DNA of 64,000 bases, taken from NCBI GenBank assembly GCA_965218095.1, contig OZ244587.1:2944001-3008000 (forward strand), given 5' to 3'. How positions within the stretch are numbered: the stretch's first letter is position 1; the number at the start of each line of letters is the position of its first letter. The translations under genes were made by a program, and so were the position numbers. Positions 20,901 to 31,763 of this stretch are shown one piece after another. A model generated the notes under the pieces. It made no database searches. It was not told the DNA's origin and saw only the letters and a list, made by a program, of their open reading frames with translations. The stretch is from Candidatus Poribacteria bacterium (GTDB taxonomy: Bacteria; Poribacteria; WGA-4E; PCPOR2b).

Positions 20901-22439
20901 TCACTCCCACTCAATCGTGCTTGGCGGCTTAGAACTAATATCGTAAACAACGCGATTGATGCCACGCACCTCGTTGATGATGCGATTGGAGATGACGCCC
21001 AATACGTCGTGGGGAATCTTCGCCCAATCCGCGGTCATGCCATCGGTGCTCGTCACCGCCCGTAGCGCCACAACATTTTCGTAGGTTCGCTCATCGCCCA
21101 TCACACCGACGCTCTTGACCGGCAGAAGCACGGTCAACGCCTGCCAGATCTCGTCGTATAGCTCCGCTCTCCGAAGTTCCGTGATGAAAATTTCATCTGC
21201 CTCTCGCAAAATGTCAAGACGTTCTTGTGTCACCGGACCGAGCACGCGGACGGCTAAACCAGGGCCGGGAAACGGGTGCCGCCCAAGGACTGATTTCGGG
21301 ATGCCTAGCGCTGATCCAACTTCTCGGACTTCATCTTTGAATAGTTCGCGAAAGGGTTCGATTAGTTTGAACGGCAGATCTTTGGGGAGCCCACCCACAT
21401 TATGGTGTGTCTTGATTGTCGCCGAGGGTCCCCTGGTGGATACACTTTCGATCACGTCGGGATAGAGCGTACCTTGTGCGAGGAAGTCGATCTGCCCGAT
21501 TTTTGCCAATCCTTCTTTGAAAACCTCAATGAACTGATTGCCGATAATCTTGCGCTTCTGCTCCGGGCTTTCAATGCCGGAAAGGTATTCGAGAAATCGG
21601 TCGGCGGCATCGACATAATAGACATCAATGCCGAGCTCTTGAAAGGTTGCCAACACTTCCTCCGCTTCATTTTTGCGTAACAGGCCGTTGTCCACAAAAA
21701 CGCAGGCGAGCGCGTCGCCGATAGCATGTTTGAGCAGCGTTGCGAGCACCGTCGAATCCACGCCTCCGCTCACGGCGCATAACACGCGAGCCCCTTGCGT
21801 TGTGGCTCGGGTGTGCTCTGTGGCTTCTGCGATGAAGGATTGCATTGTCCATCCCTCGCTGCACCCACAGATTTCATGGACAAAGTTCGCGAGCATCCGG
21901 TTATCGTCCTTCGTGTGGACAACCTCCGGGTGGAACTGCAAACCGTAGATGTCCTGGTCTAGATCCGCCATCGCCGCAATCGGTGAGTTTCGGGTATGGG
22001 CAATCACATTGAATCCGTCGGGCAGGACGTCGATCCGATCGCCGTGACTCATCCAGACATTGATCTGCTTCGGTAGGTCCGCAAACAAAGGGATTGGCAG
22101 ATCTACAATCAGCTCTGCCGAACCGAATTCGCGTTCAACGGCAGGGTGCACTTTCCCACCCGGGGAAAGGTGCGCGATAAACTGCATACCGTAACAGATG
22201 CCGAGAATCGGTACGCCGAGCGTTAAGAGCTCAGGGTCGGGAAACGGCGCATCCGGAGCGTAGACACTCGATGGCCCCCCGGATAAAACAATGCCTTTTG
22301 GCCACATTGATGTCAGCCGATCCACCAGAATGTTGTAGGGGTGGATTTCACAGTACACCTTTTGTTCGCGGATACACCGTGCAATCAACTGCGTATACTG
22401 CGAACCGAAATCTAAAACAACGATAGTTTCGCGTTTCAT
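20901..22439 (-). CDS. guaA: GMP synthase (glutamine-hydrolysing)
   Basis: [43 protein letters not shown]. Confidence 0.98.
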   Translation of the reverse strand: MKRETIVVLDFGSQYTQLIARCIREQKVYCEIHPYNILVDRLTSMWPKGIVLSGGPSSVYAPDAPFPDPELLTLGVPILGICYGMQFIAHLSPGGKVHPAVEREFGSAELIVDLPIPLFADLPKQINVWMSHGDRIDVLPDGFNVIAHTRNSPIAAMADLDQDIYGLQFHPEVVHTKDDNRMLANFVHEICGCSEGWTMQSFIAEATEHTRATTQGARVLCAVSGGVDSTVLATLLKHAIGDALACVFVDNGLLRKNEAEEVLATFQELGIDVYYVDAADRFLEYLSGIESPEQKRKIIGNQFIEVFKEGLAKIGQIDFLAQGTLYPDVIESVSTRGPSATIKTHHNVGGLPKDLPFKLIEPFRELFKDEVREVGSALGIPKSVLGRHPFPGPGLAVRVLGPVTQERLDILREADEIFITELRRAELYDEIWQALTVLLPVKSVGVMGDERTYENVVALRAVTSTDGMTADWAKIPHDVLGVISNRIINEVRGINRVVYDISSKPPSTIEWE

Positions 22440-22487
22440 TGATCTTGACCTTCTATCGGATATTTGCTCATTTGCATATTTGCTTAT

Positions 22488-23162
22488 TCACTCCTGATTA
22501 CAGTTGCTCAATCGCCCACTTTGCATATCTGGCAATCTTTTTCCAGTCTTCGGACGGATTTGCCTCCAACTCTCTGAGCGCGGGAAGCGTGCGTATCCTC
22601 GATCAGACCAACTGATGTTGGTCTTCGACGAAAATCTGCAAGAGTGCCGACACCGCCTTTCGGGTTGGCTATCCGGGTCCGCCACAGGGCACAAATCAGG
22701 GCAGATTGGGCGACTCATTAACGTGTCCGGATAGAAGTTCCTGCAACCGAGTAGCCCCTCCTGATACTTCTCCTCCAAGAAATTAGCCATATCGGTCTCA
22801 CTGTCAAACCAGAAATCTGAAGCCCGTTCGGAAATGCTAATGATAATCTCATTATTCCAAATCAAACAAGCAATAGTCTGCCATTCATAGTCAGCGTCAA
22901 TAACAGGTTGGAAGACAGGTGCTTGATCGAGATGATTCCATCTCGCGCTGTTTTCCGACAGGGCCTCGCCGATAGTCTCAAGAGGATAGAAAAACTTACG
23001 CCGAATCTGAACAAGTGCATCTTCTGCCAATAGCAACCCGAGTGGAACGGAAGCAGGAGCGTCGTCAAGATAGGCATGAGCAAAGTTAAGTGTTGTTCCT
23101 GACAACCATCCAGATCGTTCTACTTTTTGCTTCAGTTTTTTTAATAATCTGCTGCCTGTCAT
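22488..23162 (-). CDS. Hypothetical protein (3' end possibly frameshifted)
   Basis: ORF with RBS directly downstream of the HNH gene; an alternative frame gives a HEAT-like tail LPALRELEANPSEDWKKIARYAKWAIEQL. Confidence 0.45.
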   Translation of the reverse strand: MTGSRLLKKLKQKVERSGWLSGTTLNFAHAYLDDAPASVPLGLLLAEDALVQIRRKFFYPLETIGEALSENSARWNHLDQAPVFQPVIDADYEWQTIACLIWNNEIIISISERASDFWFDSETDMANFLEEKYQEGLLGCRNFYPDTLMSRPICPDLCPVADPDSQPERRCRHSCRFSSKTNISWSDRGYARFPRSESWRQIRPKTGKRLPDMQSGRLSNCNQE

Positions 23163-23180
23163 GGTTCACCTCATTTATTC

Positions 23181-24308
23181 TCAATCAATAAAGACATTCT
23201 CGTTATGCCACTCTAAGGCTGGTGTTGCAGGTGCACACTCCGGATTAACGGTAGAACGAATCGGTTGTTCAGCATACTGAACTATCTGAGCCCCTGATGG
23301 ATCTGCACTGTGTGCCTTGATGTAAGCTGCAACTCGGATTGTCAAGTCGGAGGAGAGAACTGAAATTACACCTTTATCAAACGCCCAATGATGGATACCA
23401 CACAGTCCAATTCCATTCCGCGGATCGTCAGTTCCTCGCTTACTGCGTGGGATGATATGCGCAGCTTGGATTTCATACACGTTATCAGGCGTACTAAGAC
23501 GAAAGTTACAAACCGCACAGGCATAGTTATACTGTTTGACAACGGCATAGTTATACTGTTTGACAACAATATTACGGAAGACGCGACTGCGGACGTAGGC
23601 TTGACGCGACGACTTTATCCGCGCAACCGTCTTATCGAAGGTAGTGAAAGGAGCGTCAATCTGTGCGCGAATGATTTTCTCCTCCGCCTGAATTTCGTCG
23701 GAGCTCAAAAGTAGAGATTCAGGCGGGTGTTCGGCCATAAATTGTTGCCCTTCAGTGGTAAGCCGAAATTTGCCATTCTCAACCTCAATAACGCCGAATG
23801 CACGTAGCCAGTCCACACGGATACGAAATTGATTGGAGATGTGGCGTTCTCCCCAGCAACGCATTCGATGAAAACGACTACTTGTGGTTGCGAACCATTC
23901 TAGCAGCAAAACCTCCGTTGGCAGTTCATCGCGGTTCTGCAAGATTTCCATTATCTCTATCAATCCAACAAAGTTTTTTGCAAAGGCCTCCAATAGGCGA
24001 TCATACGAGGATGAATGGAGTACGATGTAACCGTCGCGGGTGAGCCGACACTTACCGTTTTCGACTTCCACCAAACCCGGCCCGCTCAGAAGGACAGAGT
24101 AGATGTTTTGGGCATATTTATCAACCAGAGGCTTACGGGAACGAAACGCTATCTGTAGCCATTTCCAAACTTCACTTCTTTGAGATGGCCGCGAATTATG
24201 AATCCATTTTAGCGTGTGTAGCAAATTAAACGCTTGTTGTTCGACACCGCCAACCATTGGATAACATACAAACTTAACACGATTGTTGGAAGTTGATTTT
24301 CGGTTCAT
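23181..24308 (-). CDS. HNH endonuclease with N-terminal winged-helix repeats (putative restriction enzyme)
   Basis: CAVC...IQAAHI...DDPRNGIGLCGIHHWAFDKG (HNH_2). Confidence 0.8.
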   Translation of the reverse strand: MNRKSTSNNRVKFVCYPMVGGVEQQAFNLLHTLKWIHNSRPSQRSEVWKWLQIAFRSRKPLVDKYAQNIYSVLLSGPGLVEVENGKCRLTRDGYIVLHSSSYDRLLEAFAKNFVGLIEIMEILQNRDELPTEVLLLEWFATTSSRFHRMRCWGERHISNQFRIRVDWLRAFGVIEVENGKFRLTTEGQQFMAEHPPESLLLSSDEIQAEEKIIRAQIDAPFTTFDKTVARIKSSRQAYVRSRVFRNIVVKQYNYAVVKQYNYACAVCNFRLSTPDNVYEIQAAHIIPRSKRGTDDPRNGIGLCGIHHWAFDKGVISVLSSDLTIRVAAYIKAHSADPSGAQIVQYAEQPIRSTVNPECAPATPALEWHNENVFID

Positions 24309-24499
24309 TAGACTATTGTCTCCTAATAAAACGTAATTCGAGCAACATCTTCTCATCCTTCAGCAGATCTTCCCGCAATTTAGACGTGAAAAGTTGACGA
24401 ATCTGCTGTTTCCACTGCGCTTCATTTTCATCTGTCCAGGCATTTATCGATTCTTTCATTGGCTTACGGGTTCCCTTTTTATCACCTGCATTTCACGTT

Positions 24500-25765
24500 T
24501 TACGTTTCACGATACGGTCCCGCGATTGCGATGCTGCATAGGTCTGGGTGTAGATATTTCTGGGCAACCGCGTTCACCTGAGCACGGGTGATGCTCCGGT
24601 AAATTGATTCGTGCCTCTCAAGATAGTCGAGCCCCAACCCGTATAGCTCCGCCGATAGGAGAACCGCGGCGATTCCCCTGTTGGTTTCGAGTGCCAGCGC
24701 AAAATTTCCGACAATTAGGTTCTGCGCGTCCGACAATTCTTCCCTCGTGATACCGTCGGATTTCATCAATTCGATTTCGTGCAGGATACTGTTAATGGCT
24801 TTATCCACGTTGGCTGGGTTGACGCCCGCACTTGCATGGAAAAGCCCTTCGCCGATTGATGGAGTGAATGAACTCCACACGCTGTATGCGAGCCCTTGCA
24901 CATCACGTACACGACCAAACAAGCGAGCAATCCCCGCGCTTCCGCCTAAGATGGTGTTCATGAGATTGATAGTGTAAAAGTCTGGATTTGTTCGGGCAAT
25001 TCCTTTATGCCCCAACTCGATATTCACTTGTGATTTGTCCATCATTGGTTTGACCACAATCTGCTTTTCACCATATTCCACCGCCGGTATAGTGAAAGGT
25101 GGCTTTTCGCTACCTACCGCCCAATCCCCCATTGCGGCGTCAATTTTTTCAATGAGCTCCTGTGTCTCCACATCGCCAACAATCGCCAGGATGAACGAAT
25201 CGGGCCGATAGTAACACGCATGAAAATCAACCAGTGCGTCCCTCTGGATGCGTTTGACCGATTCTTCCGTCCCCTGTACACGCCAATGGTAAGGGTGCGC
25301 GTCAGAGTAAACAACCTCTCGAAGCAGCCGATCCGCAGCGTCATCGGTTTCATCCTCCCATGCCTTGAGCCAACTATAAACCTGATGACGGTGTTTTTCG
25401 ATCTCCTCTTGCGGGAAGTTGGGAGCGCGCAAGATGTCGGCGAGTACGTCAAGCACCCGATCCAAATCCTTTGACAGCAGACGTCCCTCAATGCTCACCG
25501 TCTCGGTATTCCCCGCAACGCTCATATTTGCACCGACAGATTCGGTCGCCTCGGCGATTTCTTCCCACGTCCGCTTCTCAGTTCCCTTCGTCAGCATGTT
25601 GGCGACGACATCCGAGAGGCCGTAAAGATTTTGACGGTCATACATGCTGCCAGCTTTCAACCGTCCACTAATTGCAACAGTTTGATTGAAATGGTTCTCT
25701 CGGATGAGCAGCGTCAAACCATTGTCAAATACGTGACGTGTGGCTGGCGACTGATGATTAGTCAT
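24500..25765 (-). CDS. M16 (pitrilysin) peptidase, non-catalytic subunit
   Basis: M16 fold without HXXEH; RLFGRVRDVQGLAY. Confidence 0.88.
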   Translation of the reverse strand: MTNHQSPATRHVFDNGLTLLIRENHFNQTVAISGRLKAGSMYDRQNLYGLSDVVANMLTKGTEKRTWEEIAEATESVGANMSVAGNTETVSIEGRLLSKDLDRVLDVLADILRAPNFPQEEIEKHRHQVYSWLKAWEDETDDAADRLLREVVYSDAHPYHWRVQGTEESVKRIQRDALVDFHACYYRPDSFILAIVGDVETQELIEKIDAAMGDWAVGSEKPPFTIPAVEYGEKQIVVKPMMDKSQVNIELGHKGIARTNPDFYTINLMNTILGGSAGIARLFGRVRDVQGLAYSVWSSFTPSIGEGLFHASAGVNPANVDKAINSILHEIELMKSDGITREELSDAQNLIVGNFALALETNRGIAAVLLSAELYGLGLDYLERHESIYRSITRAQVNAVAQKYLHPDLCSIAIAGPYRET

Positions 25766-27116
25766 TTTTCAATTCCTCCTTAGGGTTGAAAAAAGCGGGC
25801 TGTCTCGTGTGATGCAGAGCGGGTGCAGCATATTCGCCAGATGTGCCACCATGACCCGGTGAAATTGGTTGAAAATATCCAACCGTGCGGTTCTCTTCAA
25901 TGAGGTACTTCTGGGCAGCTTCACGAATTTGCTCGCGGGTGACGGACCGAATGTTGTCGAGATAGGTATCCAGGTATTTGTAATCGTAGATTGTTTCGTA
26001 GTAGCCAATCTGCGCCGCTTGATTTGAGACGCTGTCGAGGGAGAAGATGAAATGTGCCTCTGTTTGGCTGATTGCCTTTTCCAGTTCGGCTTCTGTGATG
26101 CGCTCATTTTGGATGTGGTCTATCTGCTCTAACAGTGCCTTTTCGAGCGTAGTTGGATCGACATTGACCTGTGCCTCTGCGAAAGTCCAGGCCAGTCCGG
26201 CATCTTTGGAAAAATCTGGATAAAAATAGGCGGAAGTTGCCAACTGCTTATCAACCAAGGCGCCGTAAAAGCGTGAAGTTTTACCCATACTCAGAACTGT
26301 GCTAATCGTTTCCAGTGGATAGAAGTCTGGATGCCCGGCTGCGGGGATGTGATAGACGATGGCAACGTAGGCGAGTGTTCCCTCCTTACGAACGGTGACA
26401 CGTCTTTCGCCCTGCTGCTCTGGTTCAATCGTTGATGGGCCTGTGATTGACTCCCCGCGAGCGAGAGGACCAAAATGGGTTTCGACCTGTTTCATCAGGT
26501 TGTCCGTATCGAAGTCCCCAACAAGGACGAGGGTTGCATTATTCGGAATGTAACACTGGTGGTAGTAATTGTAGAGGTCATCGCGGGTCATCGTTTTAAG
26601 GTCTGAGGGCCAGCCGATGATACCCCATTGATACGGGTGCGCTTTGTACGCGATTGCCTGAACCTCCTCCCTCAACACGAATTGGGGCGTATTTTCGTAC
26701 CCTTCGCGTTCTGAAAGGATCACCGTGCGTTCTGCTTCAACCTCATCCGGATCAAAAACGCTGTTCTGCATCCGATCCGACTCCAACGCGAGCGCGACCG
26801 AAATTTTGTCCGCAGGCAGGGTTTCATAATAAGCCGTATAGTCAGTGCTCGTAAACGCATTCCATCTGCCGCCGTTGCCTTCGATGACGCGACCGAGTTC
26901 CTCTTTCGGGAACTTCGGTGTACCTTTGAAAAGCATGTGCTCCACCCAATGGGAGACACCTGTCAGACCAGGTCGTTCATTGCGCGATCCCACTTTGTAC
27001 CAGATATAACTGCTGACAACCCGAGCGGCATGAACCTCCTTCGCCAACACTTTTAATCCATTTGCCAACTCATGCTCAATGATTTCAGAACGGTTTTCAT
27101 TTTGTTTTGTCGTCAA
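25758..27116 (-). CDS. M16 (pitrilysin) zinc peptidase, catalytic subunit
   Basis: VGSRNE...HWVEHMLFKG (HXXEH). Confidence 0.92.
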   Translation of the reverse strand: MTTKQNENRSEIIEHELANGLKVLAKEVHAARVVSSYIWYKVGSRNERPGLTGVSHWVEHMLFKGTPKFPKEELGRVIEGNGGRWNAFTSTDYTAYYETLPADKISVALALESDRMQNSVFDPDEVEAERTVILSEREGYENTPQFVLREEVQAIAYKAHPYQWGIIGWPSDLKTMTRDDLYNYYHQCYIPNNATLVLVGDFDTDNLMKQVETHFGPLARGESITGPSTIEPEQQGERRVTVRKEGTLAYVAIVYHIPAAGHPDFYPLETISTVLSMGKTSRFYGALVDKQLATSAYFYPDFSKDAGLAWTFAEAQVNVDPTTLEKALLEQIDHIQNERITEAELEKAISQTEAHFIFSLDSVSNQAAQIGYYETIYDYKYLDTYLDNIRSVTREQIREAAQKYLIEENRTVGYFQPISPGHGGTSGEYAAPALHHTRQPAFFNPKEELKND

Positions 27117-27216
27117 TATGATTTCCTCCGAGTTTAAGAGATTGATTCGGGATACAGGGGTTCAAGAATCTAAATGCAATCTTGTCCGCTTGATCGTTGT
27201 ATCCTTTTTTCACGTT

Positions 27217-27569
27217 TCACGTTTTGAAAAGATCAAGACGAGCATTCTGCTCAAACTCCTTTTCGATCTCCTTTGCCATCCGCTTAGACTCTTCAACGGA
27301 CGGTGGCGGGTCGCTACTGAGGAAGATCCGTAACCATACCGGCTCTCCCTCGACCAACCCCGGACACTTTCCACCGTCAATGGTGACCCGTGATACAATA
27401 CGATCCAAGACCGGATCAACCTTTCTATAAGGGTTCAAGCAAAACAAGGGTTCAAGCAAAACGCGGGGTGGTCATCTCCTGCAAAATAGATACACCGATC
27501 GCAGGGATAGTCATTTTCGGCAGTTGCTTCAATTTCAGCGACCTTAGCCAACAGTTCTTGAGTGTTCAT
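27217..27569 (-). pseudogene. Small Cys-containing protein, frameshifted by a 17-bp duplication
   Basis: MNTQELL...YPCDRCIYF...FCLNP joins YRKVDP...GKCPG once the duplication at 27429-27462 is removed. Confidence 0.6.
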
Positions 27570-27570
27570 A

Positions 27571-28053
27571 TTAGTGTTCATGTTGTTCTATCTCCTCCTT
27601 AGTCAGTGGTCGTACCCGCAGGATACGAATCAGTTTCGTATTCCGCATACCAATAATCCGATTTCCACTCTCATCAATCAAAGTGGCTGAATCCGCGTCA
27701 GGAAATCGTTCGACCAAACAGATTTCCTTTTGCGTATTATAAGATTTTTTCTGAATGCTTCCTTTCCCACTCTCTGCCGATAGTTTGACTGCCAAGGTTT
27801 GAATTCCACCACGATATCAGGCGCTTGCAAATTGATACAATTTCCAAGATCCAACTCAACTTCTAAAATACGAGCCTCAAGCAGATTCTCTGATTTCTCA
27901 ATGGCTTGTTGAACAGCGGACTGAGAGTCTCCAATGTCAAAATGGGCGCCCATCCCGCAAACACCCAGAGTCTTGTAAAATCCAACGCGAAGGGATATTC
28001 ATCGCATTTTCCAGTGTTGTGCCGTGAAATGCCTTCACAGTACATCCGTCCAT
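27571..28053 (-). pseudogene. Putative PARP-like ADP-ribosyltransferase with two homopolymer frameshifts
   Basis: Reconstructed KAFHGTTLENAMNILRVGF...GMGAHF...ILEVELDLG. Confidence 0.5.
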
Positions 28054-28186
28054 ATCCTTCCCATCATTCCCTCCTTCCTTTCCTTCCACGCCTTATTTAT
28101 TATACCTCCGGGAAAAAGAAATCCACCAACTTTTCTACATCATATAGGTGTGCGCCATACTTCGCGTTGAACCGTGTTAAGTGAAT

Positions 28187-28927
28187 CTACTGGATCGTCA
28201 GCGCAACGATGTTAGACTCCAGATCTTTAGAACCGCGAAACGAATCCAGCGGGAGATAGATCTCGTCCGATTTGCCTTCTTCCTTGCCCTTAATGGTGTC
28301 AATCTCTTTCCGTAAATTGTTAATCATCCGCTGTTTGATGTCATCAGGAACGTCATCAGGGTTTCTTTCTACCAATGTGATTTCACGTTCTATCTCAAGG
28401 ATTTCCGGCGATTGAGAAACGAAAGTTTCCCGATGGACCTTCATATCTATAAATACCTGCAACGTATAATCGCCCGGCTTCAGCTTATAATAGGTTTGAA
28501 GGTCTTCCAACACCGCATTTTTCACCATCCTTGCCTTGAGCTCGGTTCCCTGAACGCAGCGAACCTCCCTGACTCCCTGCATCAGTGTTTTGGTTCTACT
28601 GACAAACGTGATTGGGTGTTTGGGTTTGACAACTTTGCCCATTGCATCTTTGACAACCAATTTCGTGAAAGCACCCCTTCCTTCAACGGTAGCATACGGC
28701 ACAAGCAGATCAAACTTCCCCACTTGAATCGCCATCTTAACGGAAATTGGTTCATCACGGCTATAAACAGGTTTCGCCAACGATAGATGGAGGTCTGCGA
28801 TAGTCGGTGGCGTTGTCGCTTCCACGGGTATAGCATCCACCGCAGTCTTTTCTGATGTACGACTCAAACAACCGATTGCGAAAAGACTACAGGTGATAAG
28901 AAAGATAAAACATCGATTTTTCATCAT
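28187..28927 (-). CDS. Hypothetical lipoprotein
   Basis: Lipobox FAIGC; RBS. Confidence 0.7.
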   Translation of the reverse strand: MMKNRCFIFLITCSLFAIGCLSRTSEKTAVDAIPVEATTPPTIADLHLSLAKPVYSRDEPISVKMAIQVGKFDLLVPYATVEGRGAFTKLVVKDAMGKVVKPKHPITFVSRTKTLMQGVREVRCVQGTELKARMVKNAVLEDLQTYYKLKPGDYTLQVFIDMKVHRETFVSQSPEILEIEREITLVERNPDDVPDDIKQRMINNLRKEIDTIKGKEEGKSDEIYLPLDSFRGSKDLESNIVALTIQ

Positions 28928-28956
28928 GCCCTCCTATTGTTTTTTACGTTTCATGA

Positions 28957-30036
28957 TTAATGCCTCACAAAATCAATCCCCAATCCGGGGCGACCTGAGA
29001 GTTCGATGAATCCGTCAACGATTTGCTCCGGCGGATTGACGAGATCTGCCCGCCATCCCACCTCGCCCCATGCGTACTCCAGAATCGCAAAATTCGGCAC
29101 GGTTGCCATGCATTGCACGCTTGCTGCTGTTGCGACCGGGCCGCTTGGATTATGTGGCGTGACCATCACGTTTGCCGCTTCCGCCATTGCTGCAATCTTT
29201 TTCAATTCCAGAATGCCGCCGACATGCTTGACATCTGGCAAAATAAAGTCTGCTGCACGACTCGCCAAAAGTCTCTGAAACGCCGACTTGGTTCGCAACT
29301 GTTCCCCCGTCGCAATCGGCATTGAGGTCGATTGGCTGACGTGCGAAAGGGCATCCAGATCTGTCGTCGGAATCGGATCTTCTATCCAGAAGAGATGGAG
29401 TTCATCCAGTTCTCTTGCTGTCTGGATGATTAAGCCCGGGTTGAAACGGCTGTGGCAATCGACCATCAGATCGATGTCGGGGCCGATGGTTTCACGGATA
29501 CGGCGGATGCGTTCAATCCCCGTCCGAATCGCATGTGTCAAAACGCCTCGTGATATATCCCTCACAGAAACGTCATCAAACGGCGCGCACTTAATCGCCG
29601 TGAACCCTTCTTCAACCGCTTTTCGGGCGTTTTGCGAGAAGCCCTCAGGGGTTCGGTCCCAGGTGGCGCGGTTGATGTTGGCGTACACTCGGATCTTCTC
29701 TCGACAACTTCCCCCCAACAGTCGATGGGTGGGTATACTTAACGCCTTGCCAGCAAGATCCCAGAGGGCGTGCTCAATCCCACTGATCGCCGGGTGATAG
29801 GCGTGTCCTTCGTGCTCGTGATAAAATCGGCGATGGAAATCCTCAATCTGAAACACATCCCGACCAATGAGCGCAGGTGTGAGTTCCTTGATAATTTGAA
29901 CGACACGCCCGTCCCCTCCACCGTGTGAGGCTTCGCCGACGCCTGTTGAACCATCATCAGCGTGGATTTTGACAAAGACCCAATCGCCGCGTTTGGTGAC
30001 ATTGACCACATGGGTTTCTAGATCTTTAATTTTCAT
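28957..30036 (-). CDS. Mandelate racemase/galactonate dehydratase-like enolase
   Basis: GIEHALWDLAGK, MVDCH, WIEDP, ATGE, PHNP. Confidence 0.9.
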   Translation of the reverse strand: MKIKDLETHVVNVTKRGDWVFVKIHADDGSTGVGEASHGGGDGRVVQIIKELTPALIGRDVFQIEDFHRRFYHEHEGHAYHPAISGIEHALWDLAGKALSIPTHRLLGGSCREKIRVYANINRATWDRTPEGFSQNARKAVEEGFTAIKCAPFDDVSVRDISRGVLTHAIRTGIERIRRIRETIGPDIDLMVDCHSRFNPGLIIQTARELDELHLFWIEDPIPTTDLDALSHVSQSTSMPIATGEQLRTKSAFQRLLASRAADFILPDVKHVGGILELKKIAAMAEAANVMVTPHNPSGPVATAASVQCMATVPNFAILEYAWGEVGWRADLVNPPEQIVDGFIELSGRPGLGIDFVRH

Positions 30037-30062
30037 GCGTAAATTCTCCCGAAGCCCCGATT

Positions 30063-30335
30063 CTACTCTGAAAATCCGACATTGGTAGGATCCCAGGCCG
30101 GAACAATCACTTTGCGGGGAGCATCTTCTGTTTCCGATTGTGCGAGTTTCACCATTTTGTCATAGCTTGACTCACCTCGAAACTTGGCCAGCGTCACTGG
30201 CTTTCTCAAAATCGTGTCCACGTCTGCTGGATGCTCACCGACGAATTTCATCATGCCACCGAAACCAGTCAACATGATCACGGGCTATCGCCGGACAGGA
30301 ATTGTTGATATCGTGCGCAATACCGCTTGCCATCT
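30063..30335 (-). pseudogene. Hybrid histidine kinase/receiver remnant
   Basis: H-box QMASGIAHDINN (~30300-30335) abuts receiver tail IMLTGFG...ILRKPVT. Confidence 0.6.
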
Positions 30336-30557
30336 GTTGGGCAGGCGACAGTTATAACTATCGTTTCGTGTTCTGACTTCTCATTTGTTAGCGCCAAAGA
30401 GCATAATAGATCCGCGTATAAAAGTCAAGTGTTATCTTGCAAAAGATTTCGCGTGACTTCGTACAGAAATCATGCTAAGATTTATACGAATCCACTCAAC
30501 AACTGCTAATCGATGATCAGTGATTTACGATTCACATAAGAGGTCTATCTGGGGGGA

Positions 30558-31583
30558 TTGGTCTTGAGATTTCAACGGAATATAATCATCGCGTTCGCTT
30601 CGTCAATTGGCATTTTCATCATCGGGGTCATCGGGTATACCCTTCTTGAAAAGGATAATCCGCACGAAAACTGGACGGTGTTCGATGCAATTTACATGAC
30701 GATTATCACATTGACGACTGTGGGGTACGGGGATTACAATATGTCCAGTGCAGGGAGGGCCTTCACCATTGTTTTGTTGCTTGGGGGGGTTGGTATCTTT
30801 GTGTATAGCATCACTGTCGCAACTGCTTTCATTGTTGAAGGACAATTGCGAGAGGTTTTTCGGAGAAGAAAAGTGGAGAAATCAGTCGATAAACTTTCAG
30901 ACCACTATATCATCTGTGGCATTGGCGATACAGGCGTCCATGCGCTTGATGAAATAATCCAAATGAACGTCGATTTTGTCGCCATTGAGCAGGAACACGA
31001 GCGGATAGAACACCTGCTCGAAACGAGAGATTTTTTGTATGTGGAGGGCGATGCGACCGAAGATGAAGTGCTGATTCGTGGGGGCATTAAAAGAGCACTT
31101 GGATTGATCACCACGCTTTCAAGGGATCAGGATAATCTATTTGTTGTTTTATCTGCAAAACAACTGAATCCAACCCTGAAGGTCGTCTCCAAAGCGGTGG
31201 AGAACAATTCACTAGTCAAGCTCAGAAAAGCAGGTGCAGATGATGTGGTCTTGCCGGATCAGATTGGAGGATTGCGGTTGGCATCGGGGATTATGCGCCC
31301 AATTGTGGTTGACTTTTTGGACATTATGCTCAAACATCAAGTGATAACCCGTTTTGCTGAGTCCGTTATCCAGTCGGGGTCATCGCTGGTGGGACTCAGC
31401 TTGGGCGAGGCACGCATTCTGGATCAAACCGGTCTGGTCGTTGTCGCTGTCCACAATCGACAAGGAAACTTTATCTACAACCCTTCTGGCAAGTTAAAGC
31501 TGGAAGTCGGTGATGCCCTAATCGTCATCGCAGATAATGAGCAGTTGCAAAGGCTGAATAAACTAACGGGAGCCGCACTTTAG
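30558..31583 (+). CDS. Potassium channel with TrkA-N/TrkA-C (RCK) domains
   Basis: TTVGYGD selectivity filter; ICGIG, GDAT. Confidence 0.92.
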   Translation: MVLRFQRNIIIAFASSIGIFIIGVIGYTLLEKDNPHENWTVFDAIYMTIITLTTVGYGDYNMSSAGRAFTIVLLLGGVGIFVYSITVATAFIVEGQLREVFRRRKVEKSVDKLSDHYIICGIGDTGVHALDEIIQMNVDFVAIEQEHERIEHLLETRDFLYVEGDATEDEVLIRGGIKRALGLITTLSRDQDNLFVVLSAKQLNPTLKVVSKAVENNSLVKLRKAGADDVVLPDQIGGLRLASGIMRPIVVDFLDIMLKHQVITRFAESVIQSGSSLVGLSLGEARILDQTGLVVVAVHNRQGNFIYNPSGKLKLEVGDALIVIADNEQLQRLNKLTGAAL

Positions 31584-31763
31584 TGATAGAATACCCATCC
31601 CATTCATGGATACAATTCTACATTTGACTCCCCACAGCCATGAATCCCTGTTACGCATCACATTCCACGAATTTTTCTTGCAGAGCTCAGGGAAATCGTT
31701 TATACTTAACAAAACGAAAACACCTCGAAAATCACGCCACACTCCACTCGGAAGGAATTTTCG

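Noticed and set aside
20901-24400. Integrative element at guaA
   Set aside because: The accessory genes lie at the 5' side; no integrase or att repeats were seen
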